Origin: Nitrospirales bacterium
GTDB taxonomy: Bacteria; Nitrospirota; Nitrospiria; Nitrospirales; UBA8639
Direction of reading: 5' to 3'
Length of the DNA: 64,000 nt
NCBI GenBank assembly: GCA_963555755.3
Contig: OY820905.2
Coordinates: 2,944,001 to 3,008,000 of the forward strand
In this document: positions 10,703 to 22,853 of the stretch, piece after piece
How the letters are laid out: each line of letters begins with the position of its first letter
Position numbering within the stretch: the first letter of the stretch is position 1
Made by a program: the position numbers and the translations under genes
Notes under the pieces: generated by a model
What the model was told of the DNA's origin: nothing
The model's input: only the letters and a program-made list of their open reading frames with translations
Databases searched by the model: none

Positions 10703-11242
10703 ATGACGAAAAATACCGTTGCTAGACGCTACGCCCAAGCCTTGTTTCATCTGCTTGACCAGGGAAGTTTGGAAGCCGCCCAAACCGGTCTCCAGGCCCT
10801 GGCGAACGCAATTCAAGAGTCTACATCGCTCAAACACGTGTTGGCGTCACCAGTCTTTACCTTGGAAGAAAAATCATCGGTCCTCACAGCCTGTAGTGAA
10901 CGCGCTGGGGGTCCACCAACCATGGGAAGATTTTGTGACCAACTCCTGAAAAAAAATCGTGTGGGGGTCTTACCAGAAATCGCTGAGGCCTTTCGTGACC
11001 TGATGGATCGTGAACAAGGGAAACAGCAGGTGTCCATTACTTCGGCCCAAAGTATTGAGACGAAGGCACGAGAAGAACTTCAAACCCAACTGCAGGGGCT
11101 TCTGAAATGTCCGGTGGACGTCGCGTTTCAGGAAGACCCGTCATTACTGGCCGGGATCCAAATTCGAATCGGAAGCAAAGTCTATGATAATACCGTCAAA
11201 GGCCAACTCGAAAAGATACGGGCCCAACTGGTAAAGGGGTAA
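10703..11242 (+). CDS. atpH: ATP synthase F1 subunit delta
   Basis: VARRYAQALF, DPSLLAGI.IRIG; lies upstream of atpA. Confidence 0.93.
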   Translation: MTKNTVARRYAQALFHLLDQGSLEAAQTGLQALANAIQESTSLKHVLASPVFTLEEKSSVLTACSERAGGPPTMGRFCDQLLKKNRVGVLPEIAEAFRDLMDREQGKQQVSITSAQSIETKAREELQTQLQGLLKCPVDVAFQEDPSLLAGIQIRIGSKVYDNTVKGQLEKIRAQLVKG

Positions 11243-11245
11243 GGC

Positions 11246-12754
11246 ATGCAGATCAAGGCAGATGAAATCAGTTCAATTATTCAGGAGAAGATTAAAGGCT
11301 TCGAACAACGCGTCGATGTCACGGAAACGGGCAATGTCATTCAAGTCGGCGATGGGATTGCCAAGGTTTACGGCTTGGAGGGTGCCATGGCCGGGGAATT
11401 GTTGGAGTTCCCGGGCAATATATTTGGTGTGGCACTTAACCTTGAAGAAGATAGCGTTGGTGTCGTGCTCATGGGATCGGATACGGGCATTAAAGAAGGT
11501 GACCCGGTTAAACGCACCGGGCGCATCGCGGAAGTTCCGGTGGGTGATGCCTTAGTCGGACGTGTGGTGGATGCCATTGGTCAGCCGATCGATGGGAAAG
11601 GCCCAATCAATGCCACCGAGACTCGGTTAGTTGAAGTCCGAGCCCCTGGTGTGGTGGAACGGCAATCCGTAGGCGAACCCATGCAGACAGGCTTGAAAGC
11701 AATTGACGGGATGATCCCCATCGGGCGTGGCCAACGAGAGTTGATCATTGGCGATCGTCAAACTGGAAAAACGGCCATTGCGATCGATACGATCATCAAT
11801 CAAAAAGGCCTCAACGTCTTTTGTATTTATGTCGCGATTGGGCAGAAACGCTCAACCGTCGCGCGGGTTATCAAAACGTTGGAAGATGCTGGAGCCATGG
11901 AATTCACCACCGTTGTATCTGCAACGGCCAGTGATGCGGCCCCGCTCCAATTTTTTGCGCCCTACGCTGGCGTGGCCATGGGGGAATACTTTAGGGACAA
12001 TGGCAAACATGCCTTAATCGTGTACGACGATTTATCTAAACATGCGGTGGCCTATCGGCAAATGTCCTTGTTACTTCGGCGTCCACCAGGTCGTGAAGCG
12101 TTTCCTGGGGATGTGTTTTTCGTGCACTCCCGGCTGTTGGAACGGGCAGCAAAATTGAGTGATGAAAATGGTTCAGGAAGCCTCACCGCTCTTCCCATTA
12201 TTGAAACGCAAGCTGGCGACGTCGCGGCCTATATTCCGACCAACGTTATTTCCATTACAGATGGACAGATCTATTTAGCGGGTGACCTTTTTTATTCGGG
12301 AATTCGCCCGGCCATTAACGTTGGTCTTTCGGTTTCTCGGGTCGGAGGCGCTGCACAAATTAAAACCATGAAACAAGTCGCGGGAACGCTTCGTTTGGAT
12401 CTCGCCCAATATCGAGAATTGGCGGCCTTTTCCCAATTCGGCAGTGAGTTGGACAAGGCGACCCAAGCGCAACTGGCTCGTGGGGCTCGGATGGTGGAAT
12501 TACTCAAGCAGGAGCAATACAAACCCATGCCCGTGGCGGATCAGGTGTTGTCTCTTTATGCTGGGGTGAATGGTTTTCTCGATGATGTCCCAATCAAAAA
12601 GGTTCGAGAGTTTGAGACCGGGCTCTTGGAGTATATAAAAGACAAACATCCCAAGATTCGCGAAGAAGTCGTCTCGAAGAAAAAAATCGATGATGAATTT
12701 GGAGGGCAACTCAAGAAGATCATTGGGGAATTTAAAAAGACCAAACAATTTTAA
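11246..12754 (+). CDS. atpA: ATP synthase F1 subunit alpha
   Basis: [42 protein letters not shown]. Confidence 0.99.
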   Translation: MQIKADEISSIIQEKIKGFEQRVDVTETGNVIQVGDGIAKVYGLEGAMAGELLEFPGNIFGVALNLEEDSVGVVLMGSDTGIKEGDPVKRTGRIAEVPVGDALVGRVVDAIGQPIDGKGPINATETRLVEVRAPGVVERQSVGEPMQTGLKAIDGMIPIGRGQRELIIGDRQTGKTAIAIDTIINQKGLNVFCIYVAIGQKRSTVARVIKTLEDAGAMEFTTVVSATASDAAPLQFFAPYAGVAMGEYFRDNGKHALIVYDDLSKHAVAYRQMSLLLRRPPGREAFPGDVFFVHSRLLERAAKLSDENGSGSLTALPIIETQAGDVAAYIPTNVISITDGQIYLAGDLFYSGIRPAINVGLSVSRVGGAAQIKTMKQVAGTLRLDLAQYRELAAFSQFGSELDKATQAQLARGARMVELLKQEQYKPMPVADQVLSLYAGVNGFLDDVPIKKVREFETGLLEYIKDKHPKIREEVVSKKKIDDEFGGQLKKIIGEFKKTKQF

Positions 12755-12800
12755 GGGTTGCCAAGCAATTTTTATGGGTGAAAAGTAATCACGACGAGTC

Positions 12801-13682
12801 ATGCCAAGTTTACAAGACCTCAGACGGAAAATCGCTTCCGTTAAAAATACCCAAAAAATTACCAAAGCGATGCAGATGGTCGCCGCGGCCAAACTCAAGC
12901 GCGCGCAAGACCGGATTTTGTCATCCCGACCCTATGCTCATAAGCTTCGTGGAGTCGTCGCAAATCTGGGCGAACATGCCAGCCGGACATCCCATCCTCT
13001 TCTTCACAAGCGAACCGGGAATAAAACTGAACTGTTGGTGATCACCAGTGATCGAGGCTTGTGTGGTGGGTTCAATGCCAACATTCTCCGACGGGCCGTG
13101 GCATTTCTCAATGAACATCTCGACGACGGTCAGCAGGTATCAGTAAGTGTCGTTGGGCGAAAAAGCGTGGATTTTTTCCGGCGTCGTTCGTGGACCATTA
13201 GGCAGGAATGGCCAGGGGTGTTTGATCGCCTCAGCTATGAGCATGCGTTGGATATTGGTCAGAATATTATTCAGCAATACAACGAAGGCACATTTGATCA
13301 GCTCTATGTAGTCTACAACGAGTTTAAATCTGTTATGCGGCAACAGGTGGTCGTAGAAAAATTTCTCCCCATTGAAGCACTTGAAGAAGAGACATCTTCT
13401 CAGGATGTTCCCGAAGGACCACACGGTTCATATTTGTATGAACCTGACGAGCATGAACTCTTAGAAACCCTTCTTCCAAAACATTTTGAAGTGCAAGCGT
13501 TTCGAGTGTTGTTGGAATCGGCTGCAGCCGAACAAGCTGCGCGTATGACGGCCATGGATGGGGCCACGAGAAATGCTGGAGAGCTTATTAAAAAGGTCAC
13601 GCTTTTCTATAACAAAACCCGGCAGGCAGCGATTACCAAAGAGTTGATGGATATTGTCGGTGGGGCGGAAGCATTAAAATAG
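12801..13682 (+). CDS. atpG: ATP synthase F1 subunit gamma
   Basis: KITKAMQMVAAAK, SDRGLCG, RQAAITKEL. Confidence 0.98.
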   Translation: MPSLQDLRRKIASVKNTQKITKAMQMVAAAKLKRAQDRILSSRPYAHKLRGVVANLGEHASRTSHPLLHKRTGNKTELLVITSDRGLCGGFNANILRRAVAFLNEHLDDGQQVSVSVVGRKSVDFFRRRSWTIRQEWPGVFDRLSYEHALDIGQNIIQQYNEGTFDQLYVVYNEFKSVMRQQVVVEKFLPIEALEEETSSQDVPEGPHGSYLYEPDEHELLETLLPKHFEVQAFRVLLESAAAEQAARMTAMDGATRNAGELIKKVTLFYNKTRQAAITKELMDIVGGAEALK

Positions 13683-13710
13683 GCAGCTTGGTCATGGGTA
13701 ATGAAAAGAT

Positions 13711-13803
13711 CGTGAACCGTGAACCGTGAACCGTTATGCGTAATGCGAGCAGGATATTAAGTGGTTTTTCTGTACGGGTTACGGGTTACGCATTACGCTT
13801 CAC
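13711..13803. repeat. Heptamer tandem repeats in inverted arrangement
   Basis: CGTGAAC x3, CGTTATG, CGTAATG (13711-13747), then reverse-oriented GGTTACG x2, CATTACG, CTTCAC (13773-13803). Confidence 0.7.
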
Positions 13804-13810
13804 TTCTTAA

Positions 13811-15291
<1,481 letters not shown>

Positions 15292-15292
<1 letters not shown>

Positions 15293-15741
15293 TGGCGACA
15301 TCCACGAAAGCAGCTCAAACCGGAAAATTTTTGTTAGAAGTCGTATCCCCGGAAAAACTGCTTTTTAGCGAATATGTTAACCAAGTGTCAGCCCCTGGGT
15401 CAGAAGGGGATTTTGGCGTGCTGCCTGGTCATTGCCATTTTCTGACCACCCTTCGCATCGGAGAGGTACAATATTGGATTGGGGAGAAGACCCAATACAT
15501 GTCGGTGTTATGGGGCTTTGCGGAAGTCACGCCGACGAAAGTGACCATCTTAGCTGAGATTGCGGAGAAGGCTGAAGACATTGATGTCGAACAGGCCAGA
15601 GCCGCGGTGGCCAAAGCCGAAGAAAATTTAGAACGGGGAGGAATCCCCTCTGAAGTCGAAGAAGCCAAAGTCAGCCTAGAAAAAGCTCGACTTCGGCAAA
15701 AAGTAGCTGAGCGGCTGCAGAATAAACCAGGCCTCTCATAA
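15292..15741 (+). CDS. atpC: ATP synthase F1 subunit epsilon
   Basis: LEVVSPEK, GDFGVLPGH, GFAEV, ILAE.AE..EDID. Confidence 0.95.
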
Positions 15742-15790
15742 GGGCTCGCGCGAGCCCTAACAATTCACCCCTCACGGGATCCCATCTTCC

Positions 15791-16786
15791 ATGCCGCATG
15801 TTGAAACGCGGACGGAAATCATCGTCACAGCCGGAGAAAGTCCCAAACGATTAGACCATTTTTTGGTTAATCGGGATCCCGACTTTTCCCGGACCATTCT
15901 GCAACGGCTGATACTCGATGGTCACATTACCGTCGATGGTCGGACCATTAAACCCAGTCACAAAATCAAACCTGGCGATCGTATTGTTCTAATGGTTCCA
16001 CGGGCGGAGCCGTTAGATATCGAGCCAGAGCCCATACCCCTCGAAATCCTTTATGAAGATGACGCACTGTTAGTCCTCAATAAACAGGCAGGCTTAGTGG
16101 TCCACCCGGCTCCGGGGCATTGGTCCGGAACGCTAGTGAATGCGCTCCTTTATCATTTAAAAACCGAAGAGGGCTCGCTATCCAATATCGGGGGAAAAGA
16201 ACGGCCCGGGCTGGTTCATCGGTTAGACAAAGACACCACAGGCGTCATGGTGATTGCCAAACAAGATCAAGCCCACGCAAATCTTGCGGCCCAGTTCAAA
16301 CGGCATACGATCTCACGGGTCTATGAAGCCCTGATCTGGGGCGTTCCCAAACGGCACGAAGGCAGTATCGAATTGGCCATTGGTCGGGACACGAAAGAAC
16401 GAAAAAAGTTTTCAGCCCGGACCACACGGCCCAAAGCCTCGGCTACAGTCTATCGAGTCACCGAACGGTTTGCTACAATGGCCTCAACCGTGGATTTGTT
16501 TCCCAAAACCGGGCGAACGCATCAATTGCGTGTTCATCTTTCGTCTATCGGGTGCCCGATACTCGGAGATCCAACCTATGGAGGAAAACGGGTCTCATCA
16601 CTTGAGGACATTCCCATACCTCGGGTCATGCTCCATGCAAAAGTCTTAGGATTTGTGCATCCCGTCACCCAACAAGAGATCTCGTTTTCAGCGCCTATGC
16701 CTACTGATATGAAAGAGACTATTCATCAAATTCGCACAATAATGAATACATCGACAAAACAGAAAAGAGAGGAAACCAAGCCGTGA
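15791..16786 (+). CDS. RluA/RluD-family pseudouridine synthase
   Basis: N-terminal S4-like RLDHFL, catalytic HRLDKDTTG, TGRTHQLRVH, GDPTYG. Confidence 0.95.
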   Translation: MPHVETRTEIIVTAGESPKRLDHFLVNRDPDFSRTILQRLILDGHITVDGRTIKPSHKIKPGDRIVLMVPRAEPLDIEPEPIPLEILYEDDALLVLNKQAGLVVHPAPGHWSGTLVNALLYHLKTEEGSLSNIGGKERPGLVHRLDKDTTGVMVIAKQDQAHANLAAQFKRHTISRVYEALIWGVPKRHEGSIELAIGRDTKERKKFSARTTRPKASATVYRVTERFATMASTVDLFPKTGRTHQLRVHLSSIGCPILGDPTYGGKRVSSLEDIPIPRVMLHAKVLGFVHPVTQQEISFSAPMPTDMKETIHQIRTIMNTSTKQKREETKP

Positions 16787-17223
16787 GTCGGGAGAAGGAG
16801 TTAGATGCCGACCAAGTGATTGATACCTTTGGCGAACTCGTGTCGGCATTAGCAGCCTTTGCTGCAAAAGTGCCGGCCCAGTCGTCGTTTATGATGAACC
16901 AGGGAATGCGTCCCACAGAAGAAACGATTGAGGGATATGAAAATGTCGTCTATCGGTTTCGAGACCGGGCAGGGACGAGCTTTCGCGTCCTCAATGGGTT
17001 CTTTATTGATTCACTCGAAGCGTTTGAAGCCGGACGAGTCTTCGATGCCGTTCCACCCCTGCTGCAAGCGGTAGAACAACTCGTCGAGCTGCACAAGGAC
17101 GAGAAGTTAAAGTATACTGATCAGCAACAAAACCGCATTCGAGAATTCCACCAACGACTAGAGAAAATTCTGCCTGAAGCAAACAGCCCAGAAGTCGATC
17201 TCCCCAAACCCGACTCGTATTAA
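16783..17223 (+). CDS. Hypothetical protein
   Basis: 146-aa ORF overlapping the upstream stop (GTGA) with an AGAGG RBS. No family recognised. Confidence 0.75.
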   Translation: MSREKELDADQVIDTFGELVSALAAFAAKVPAQSSFMMNQGMRPTEETIEGYENVVYRFRDRAGTSFRVLNGFFIDSLEAFEAGRVFDAVPPLLQAVEQLVELHKDEKLKYTDQQQNRIREFHQRLEKILPEANSPEVDLPKPDSY

Positions 17224-17326
17224 GGAATGCAGAGCCCTAAACTTCAACGGCTTCATGGGGGAAGCACTTTCACAAGCTCTGCGAAGTTGACAGGACCACC
17301 AAAATAAGTGAAAAAGAACGACGGTT

Positions 17327-17402
17327 GCGCCCGTGGCTCAATGGATAGAGCATCGGTCTTCGGAACCGAGGGTTACAGGTTCGAGTCCTGTCGGGCGCGC
17401 CA
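17327..17402 (+). tRNA. tRNA-Arg (anticodon UCG)
   Basis: 76-nt cloverleaf: acceptor GCGCCCG/CGGGCGC, D-stem GCTC/GAGC, anticodon stem TCGGT/ACCGA with loop CTTCGGA (TCG at 17360-17362), T-arm ACAGG-TTCGAGT-CCTGT, encoded CCA. Confidence 0.97.
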
Positions 17403-17514
17403 GTTTTTCTTTCCAAATCGATATCACATAAATGAGATCAGGTTCCCACCATATTTGGATGGAAGGTTTTACAACCCCCTACCCAATCCGAATGTGGCAC
17501 TGCAAGACCTGACC

Positions 17515-18983
17515 CAATACTGTTCACTTAGATGAAAATCTGTTATACTTCGCCTCCACACGTAATCTGGGAGGAGGCAACATGGCAAGAAAGAAAGTCG
17601 GCTTGGGGGCGGGGGCTCGATTGGCGGATTATTTGAGCACGGGATTACTGGCTCGTGCCTTTCCGGTGGCCATCATCAACGAAGAACTTGACGCACATCA
17701 TTGTAACAGTGAACGTGTCCGCACCTTTCCCGCTTCTGCCGTGGTGTACTACACCATGGCGTTGAGCTTATACAGCGAGGCCGCGTACGAAGCGGTGTTT
17801 GCCGCTGTGGCCCAAGGGCTGGCATGGAAAGACCACAAACCCGTTGCTCCCGTGACCGTTGTCAAATCAGCCATCAGCAAAGCCCGCTCACGGCTGACGT
17901 GGAAGGCGCTGAAAGCCATTGGACAGCGCTGCTTGCGCCCGTTGGCTCGTCCAGAGCATGCCCACGCCTTTTTTGCAGGCTACCGACTCGTCGCGATAGA
18001 TGGCTCCAACTTTGAGGTCCCGGATGAGGAAGCCAATGTGCAAGTCTTTGGGTACCCAGGGAGCCGAACCGGGCAGGCCGGCTACCCCCAAGCCCAGTGC
18101 GCCATTTTGACGGAATGTGCCAGTCACGCCATTTTGGATGCCGAACTAGGGGCCTATAAGCAGGCCGAATGGGAGGTGGCCGCGCCCTTGGTGCGTCGCC
18201 TCACGCCCGACATGCTCTGCATGGCCGATCGCGGCTTTGTCGGGTACGCCCATTGGCAGGCCGGCCTTCAGACCGGAGCGCAACTACTCTGGCGCATGCC
18301 GAAGAGCTTGATCCTTCCAGTTGACAAGCTGTTGGACGATGGCTCGTACCTGAGCCATCTGTATCCCAGTGAACGCGCCAGAAGAAAGCGAATTGATGGG
18401 ATCGCCATCAGGGTGATTGAGTATGTCTTACCGCAGGGGCCCAATAGCGAACCGCTGTACCGTCTCGTCACCACGCTGCTGGATGACCAAGGCGCACCCG
18501 CCCAGGACCTGGCTCAACTGTATCACGAGCGCTGGGAGGTGGAATTGGTGTTTGATGAGCTGAAGACGCACCTGAGGCAACGTCGTCGCGTCCTGCGCAG
18601 TAAAACGCCAGAGTTGGTGCGTCAAGAGTTCTACGGATGGGTGATGGCCCACTACGCCGTGCGCTGGTTGATGTATCAAGGGGCCACCCAGGCAGACATC
18701 CCTGACCGCACGGTATCTTTTACGGCCACGGTGCAGTTAGTGCGTCGAACCCTGCCCCAATCTGGGGCCCTTCCCCCCTGAGCGCCAAAAAACATGGTAT
18801 CGGCTGCTGTTTGAGGCGACGGCGAAACTGTTGTGTGAATCCAGTCGTGGAAAAATCAAGCCGAGGATGGTGAAACGCCGAAACTCTCCATACGCACCGT
18901 ACAAACGTCCGAGACCGCCCGTTGCGCAAATTGACTGGACACCATCCATCAAACCACCGAAGATATCTAAGTGAACAGTATTG
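17515..18983 (+). mobile_element. IS4-family insertion sequence (complete)
   Basis: Perfect 19-bp TIR CAATACTGTTCACTTAGAT (17515-17533 / 18965-18983); 10-bp target duplication AGACCTGACC (17505-17514 / 18984-18993). Confidence 0.93.
17582..18781 (+). CDS. IS4-family DDE transposase
   Basis: AIDGS, ADRGF and Y..RW.VE..FDELK (YREK) motifs; RBS GGAGGAGG. Confidence 0.93.
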   Translation: MARKKVGLGAGARLADYLSTGLLARAFPVAIINEELDAHHCNSERVRTFPASAVVYYTMALSLYSEAAYEAVFAAVAQGLAWKDHKPVAPVTVVKSAISKARSRLTWKALKAIGQRCLRPLARPEHAHAFFAGYRLVAIDGSNFEVPDEEANVQVFGYPGSRTGQAGYPQAQCAILTECASHAILDAELGAYKQAEWEVAAPLVRRLTPDMLCMADRGFVGYAHWQAGLQTGAQLLWRMPKSLILPVDKLLDDGSYLSHLYPSERARRKRIDGIAIRVIEYVLPQGPNSEPLYRLVTTLLDDQGAPAQDLAQLYHERWEVELVFDELKTHLRQRRRVLRSKTPELVRQEFYGWVMAHYAVRWLMYQGATQADIPDRTVSFTATVQLVRRTLPQSGALPP

Positions 18984-19020
18984 AGACCTGACCCTCAATC
19001 TGACCCTCAATCCTCAATCC

Positions 19021-19088
19021 CAAACAATAGTTTCCCCAGCAGCTGACATCTAATCTATATTGTGTAGCAAGGGAACTGACCCCTTATT
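19021..19088. repeat. Partial copy (right end) of the GGGGTC/GACCCC-ended repeat
   Basis: CAAACAATAGTTTCCCCAGCAGCTGACATCTAATCTATATTGTGTAGCAAG.GAACTGACCCCTTATT is near-identical to the ends of 23442-23757 and 24681-24964. Confidence 0.85.
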
Positions 19089-19222
19089 CTATCAAACCAT
19101 CTTTGAACAGAAACATCGGACAGCCTGATGAATCAGGCTCGTGGCTCGTATCAATTCCCAACTTTCAGTATCATTTATGTATTAGAAAATGCTGGGTGAC
19201 AGGTCGAAATCTGAGGCGCGAG

Positions 19223-19846
19223 TCAGTCGCGGCTGATTCGGTACCAGATGTCGGAAAGGAAACCGGCCTCGTCGATCTCCCACATTTGCCTCTCGATGAT
19301 CGGCTGGCCTCCTGAGCAGCGCCAGTCGTAGATCGTGGCCCGTCCGGTTACAACTGCGGGAATGACTGTCGCGTTGGGCTGGGTCCGGCAGAACTCCTGC
19401 AGGGGCTTGGCCGGTTCGGGACTGCTATCGGCCTTGGTTGTACAGGGGATGTTCGCGCCCACCGTGCACGCGTAGACCTCGCCTTCCATGCAACGCCAGA
19501 ACGAACCATACAGCAAGAACGAAAGGGGAGCATCTGCTGCCATGCCTAACGCAGACTTGAGCTTGTGAATGACCACTTCAGGCATGGGCGACCCCGTGTA
19601 CTGAGACCCAGGTGCATCGATGGTTCCCACTGCAGCACAATAGTCAAACGGATCCTCATACGTCCTTTCCTCGGCTGCCGTCGTCCCCCCAAGCATGACC
19701 AGAGAGCTCAGACAGACCAGAATCGTGGTAACCCAACCGTGGCGCAACCTTCTCATGGGGTCATGCCTACGCATACCTGGTGGCGGACAGGCTGGTCTGA
19801 TCGTATGCCCTCTGCCTTGATCTTCCATGTGATCGTTCGCATTCAA
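19223..19846 (-). CDS. Hypothetical secreted Cys-rich protein
   Basis: Hydrophobic signal-like segment followed by a domain with six Cys. The true start is probably a downstream Met (MRRLRHG). Confidence 0.7.
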   Translation of the reverse strand: MNANDHMEDQGRGHTIRPACPPPGMRRHDPMRRLRHGWVTTILVCLSSLVMLGGTTAAEERTYEDPFDYCAAVGTIDAPGSQYTGSPMPEVVIHKLKSALGMAADAPLSFLLYGSFWRCMEGEVYACTVGANIPCTTKADSSPEPAKPLQEFCRTQPNATVIPAVVTGRATIYDWRCSGGQPIIERQMWEIDEAGFLSDIWYRISRD

Positions 19847-20024
19847 ATTAACGGTCGCGGGAACACTACTGTTTTCATCTAAGATTGAGCCGATCGCTGC
19901 TTGTTAGGAGTCATGCCCAACGTTTGGGAAAGCCACACGAGTTGGTCAGTAGCTCTCAACGGCGCGTGGCTTCGCCCCCATCACCAGCGACGCTACCCTT
20001 TCACCGAGTCGTGCAGCACGTGAC

Positions 20025-22452
20025 TCAGGTCCCGCTCTTTCCTAGGTTGCCACATTTGTGTCCATGAGAATCAATCGGACTAGAGGGGGCTCCAGCGGGT
20101 TTTTTGCCATCCGCCCACGAGACTGACACGTGCCACTCATTACTCGTGGTGGTCCCGTCGGTCTTGGCCTTGATCACACAGCCCGGGGTCAGAAACAGGT
20201 TCTTGTCTTATGCCTTCCCATTTAACTAAGGTTGCTTCAGTTTATTGAATCCCAAGGGTTTTGAGCTGCTGGTCAGGATTTTCAACAAACTCTGGAAGGT
20301 ACTCATTGGAGTCTCACGGCGGTTATAGCGAAAGACAAACTCATCAAGATAGTGTTGCAGGTATTTTGAATCCACTCCATGGTGAATCCCGTTCAGCCAG
20401 GTCTGCAGATTGCCGAACGCTCTATGGATGTGTGGAGCGTGCTTCCCAGCACTTGCTGGGTCACCCTGGGTCCGTCTCAGGTGTTCGTATCCTGCCAAGG
20501 CTTTTGCCGAGTATCCCTTCCAACCATCGGACTTGATCTTACTGCCCTCAGCGACATGGCTATTGAGGAATGCTTTGATCTCGTTCTCTCCAGCGTCTTG
20601 AAGAATCGCTAATCGTAAACGCCCTGCTTTCTCTCGAAAGTGATCCCCTTGTGTGTACGTGACAATTTCTACGGCTCCGGCTATTAACGTCTTGGTTTTC
20701 GCTTTCGCGACGCCACGGCCCGTTTTGCCTTTTACCGGTCCACCGATATGGGTTTCATCGGCTTCAACTGTTCCTGCGAGCCGTTCACGGTTCTGTCGTA
20801 CCATTCCTCGTCGCAATCTGTGGAGCAAATACCAGGCGCTATCCACCTTCTTGATACTGAGTTGACGCTGCAATTGCACAGCACTGATGCCAGGTGTGTG
20901 CGTGGAGACGAAATAGGCAGCCCAAAACCAAAGCCGTAGCGGCAAGTGCGATCTATGCATCACTGTGCCGCTTAGCGGTGATGTCTGTCTATGACACGAC
21001 GAACACTCAAACCGGAAATATTTTTTGAGCCACCAACCACCGCGATGACCGCAAGCTGGACACATAAACCCGTCTGGCCACCGAATCGCCCGCAAGTACT
21101 CGAAGCACGCTTCTTCGGTGTGGAACCTAACAGAAAAATCCAAGATATCAGCAGCATACCCTGTCAAATGGGAAGGTCCTTTAGACCGGCCCATGTTGAT
21201 TTTCAGTTTAGCAACTAGTCTGGGGACTAACAAACTTGTCAAGTCAAATGTCCGGATGGTCTTTCGGCCCCGCATCGGGTTGTCTTTCAAGACGACCCAA
21301 GTGGGACCGCGCTTGGTGCCACAGTATGGATGTTAGGATTTTTCCAGTTTCCATAGGACCGCAACTGACCGCTGCCAAGGCACCGAGTATAGACATCTTC
21401 GTGTCGCCCATTGGCCAAGACTAGAATTTCTCACAATCGGAATCGGTAAACTTCTTTCTCTCGAAAGTGATCCCCTTTCTGTCGTGACAATTGCTACGGC
21501 TCCGGCTATTAACGTCTTGGTTTTCGCTTTCGCGACGCCACGGCGTTTTGCCTTTTACCGGTCCACCGATATGGGTTTCATCGGCTTCAACTGTTCCTGC
21601 GAGCCGTTCACGGTTCTGTCAGTACCATTCCTCGTCGCAATCTGTGGAGCAAATACCAGGCGCTATCCACCTTCTTGATACTGAGGACGCTGCAATTGCA
21701 CAGCACTGATGCCAGGTGTGTGCGTGGAGACGAAATAGGCAGCCCAAATTTGACAAAGCCGTAGCGGCAAGTGCGATCTATTGCATCACTGTGCCGCTTA
21801 GCGGTGATGTCTGTCTATGACACGACGAACACTCAAACCGGAAATATTTTTTGAGCCACCAACCACCGCGTTTGACCGCAAGCTGGACACATAAACCCGT
21901 CTGGCCACCGAATCGCCCGCAAGTACTCGAAGCACGCTTCTTCGGTGTGGAACCTAGAAAAATCCAAGATATCAGCAGCATACCCTGTGTCCATAGTCCA
22001 GCAGACTAGTCTAGGGACTAACCTTAGTCAAATGGGAAGGCATATCTTGTCTTTCTTGGGACCTGCCACGATGTTGATTTTCAGTTTATAGGCGCAACTG
22101 GCCGGCACGGTATAGACATCGTATTGGCCAAGACTAGTATCGGAGTCAAACTTTTTGTCAATGCCTGAACACGGGCCCCCGTGTCCGGATGGTCTTTCGA
22201 GGGGGTCCCCGCATCGGGTTGGTCGGATCTGGATGTCAAGACGACCCAAGTGACCACATACCCCCCTTTATTCGCATAGACGATGCCGCCGCAGGGCTTG
22301 GTGCCATCCTTACAGTATGGGTGGGTATAGGAACTTTTTTCCGTTGCCGCTCCAGCCAAGACCGGTAAGAACATGACCGCTGCCAAGGCAACCAGTACCA
22401 CCCAGCCCGCCTTCACATCTTCGTGTTCGCCCATGTGTCCGGTAGATTTCAT
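20025..22452 (-). pseudogene. Secreted Cys-rich hypothetical protein interrupted by IS1595 (plus one frameshift)
   Basis: The 5' part (22452-22045) has a signal peptide. Removing the IS and one TCTTGTCT copy joins ...AGPKKDK to NLFLTPGCVIKAK...HKCGNLGKSGT-stop(20025) in frame. Confidence 0.75.
20209..22044 (-). mobile_element. IS1595-family element (ends intact, interior garbled/duplicated)
   Basis: TIR TATGCCTTCCCATTT(A/G)ACTAAGGTT at both ends and an 8-bp TSD TCTTGTCT (20201-20208 / 22045-22052). The transposase has a Zn-ribbon (CPACG...CSSC) and EADET, SDGW, YLDEFVFRYNRR. It is ~820 bp longer than the copy at 39005. Confidence 0.85.
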
Positions 22453-22853
22453 GTTGCGCCTCCTTAGAATTTCTCACAATTGGTAAAATCGGTAGCCCAA
22501 CGGGCTTCTTACTTCTAACGTAAATTATACAACTTTCTTCATCCAAGTTGCAGTCAAAGGGGTCTTGAGTCGTTCCTGAAAAAGTGTTTTTTTAGCAGGA
22601 ACGCGTGAGGGCGTACTGGAACTCAAAGCGTGGCTGAAAATTCTCGCTCCAGACTCGCAGCCAAAACATTCTCAGTTGCCTCAGAATGGTCCGTACCTTT
22701 TGGGCCGCCCCACACAACAGCGCATTCAAGGTATCCCCTTCGAGCAGCCTCAGGACAGGCTTTTTTCAACATTCCCTGTCAGTTATCTGAGACAGTCCCT
22801 AGGCCAAATTTGACAAGAGTACCTATCAATAAATACAATTGCAACGGGTGCAC

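Noticed and set aside
17308..17535. ORF overlapping the tRNA (and similar ORFs at 26892, 33211, 45099)
   Set aside because: Spurious frames across the tRNA or its remnants.
19895..19985. Possible integron attC site between the two secreted-protein genes (GTTGGGC core and a hairpin on the minus strand)
   Set aside because: No convincing complementary R''/L boxes, no second similar site and no integron integrase in the window; an IntegronFinder run would be needed.
21173..21290. N-terminal extension of the 354-aa IS1595 transposase ORF
   Set aside because: It derives from the scrambled segment; the clean copy encodes 314 aa.
22736..22762. REP-like CCCTTCGAGCAGCCTCAGGACAGGC
   Set aside because: Single copy in the window, so it cannot be supported as a repeat.
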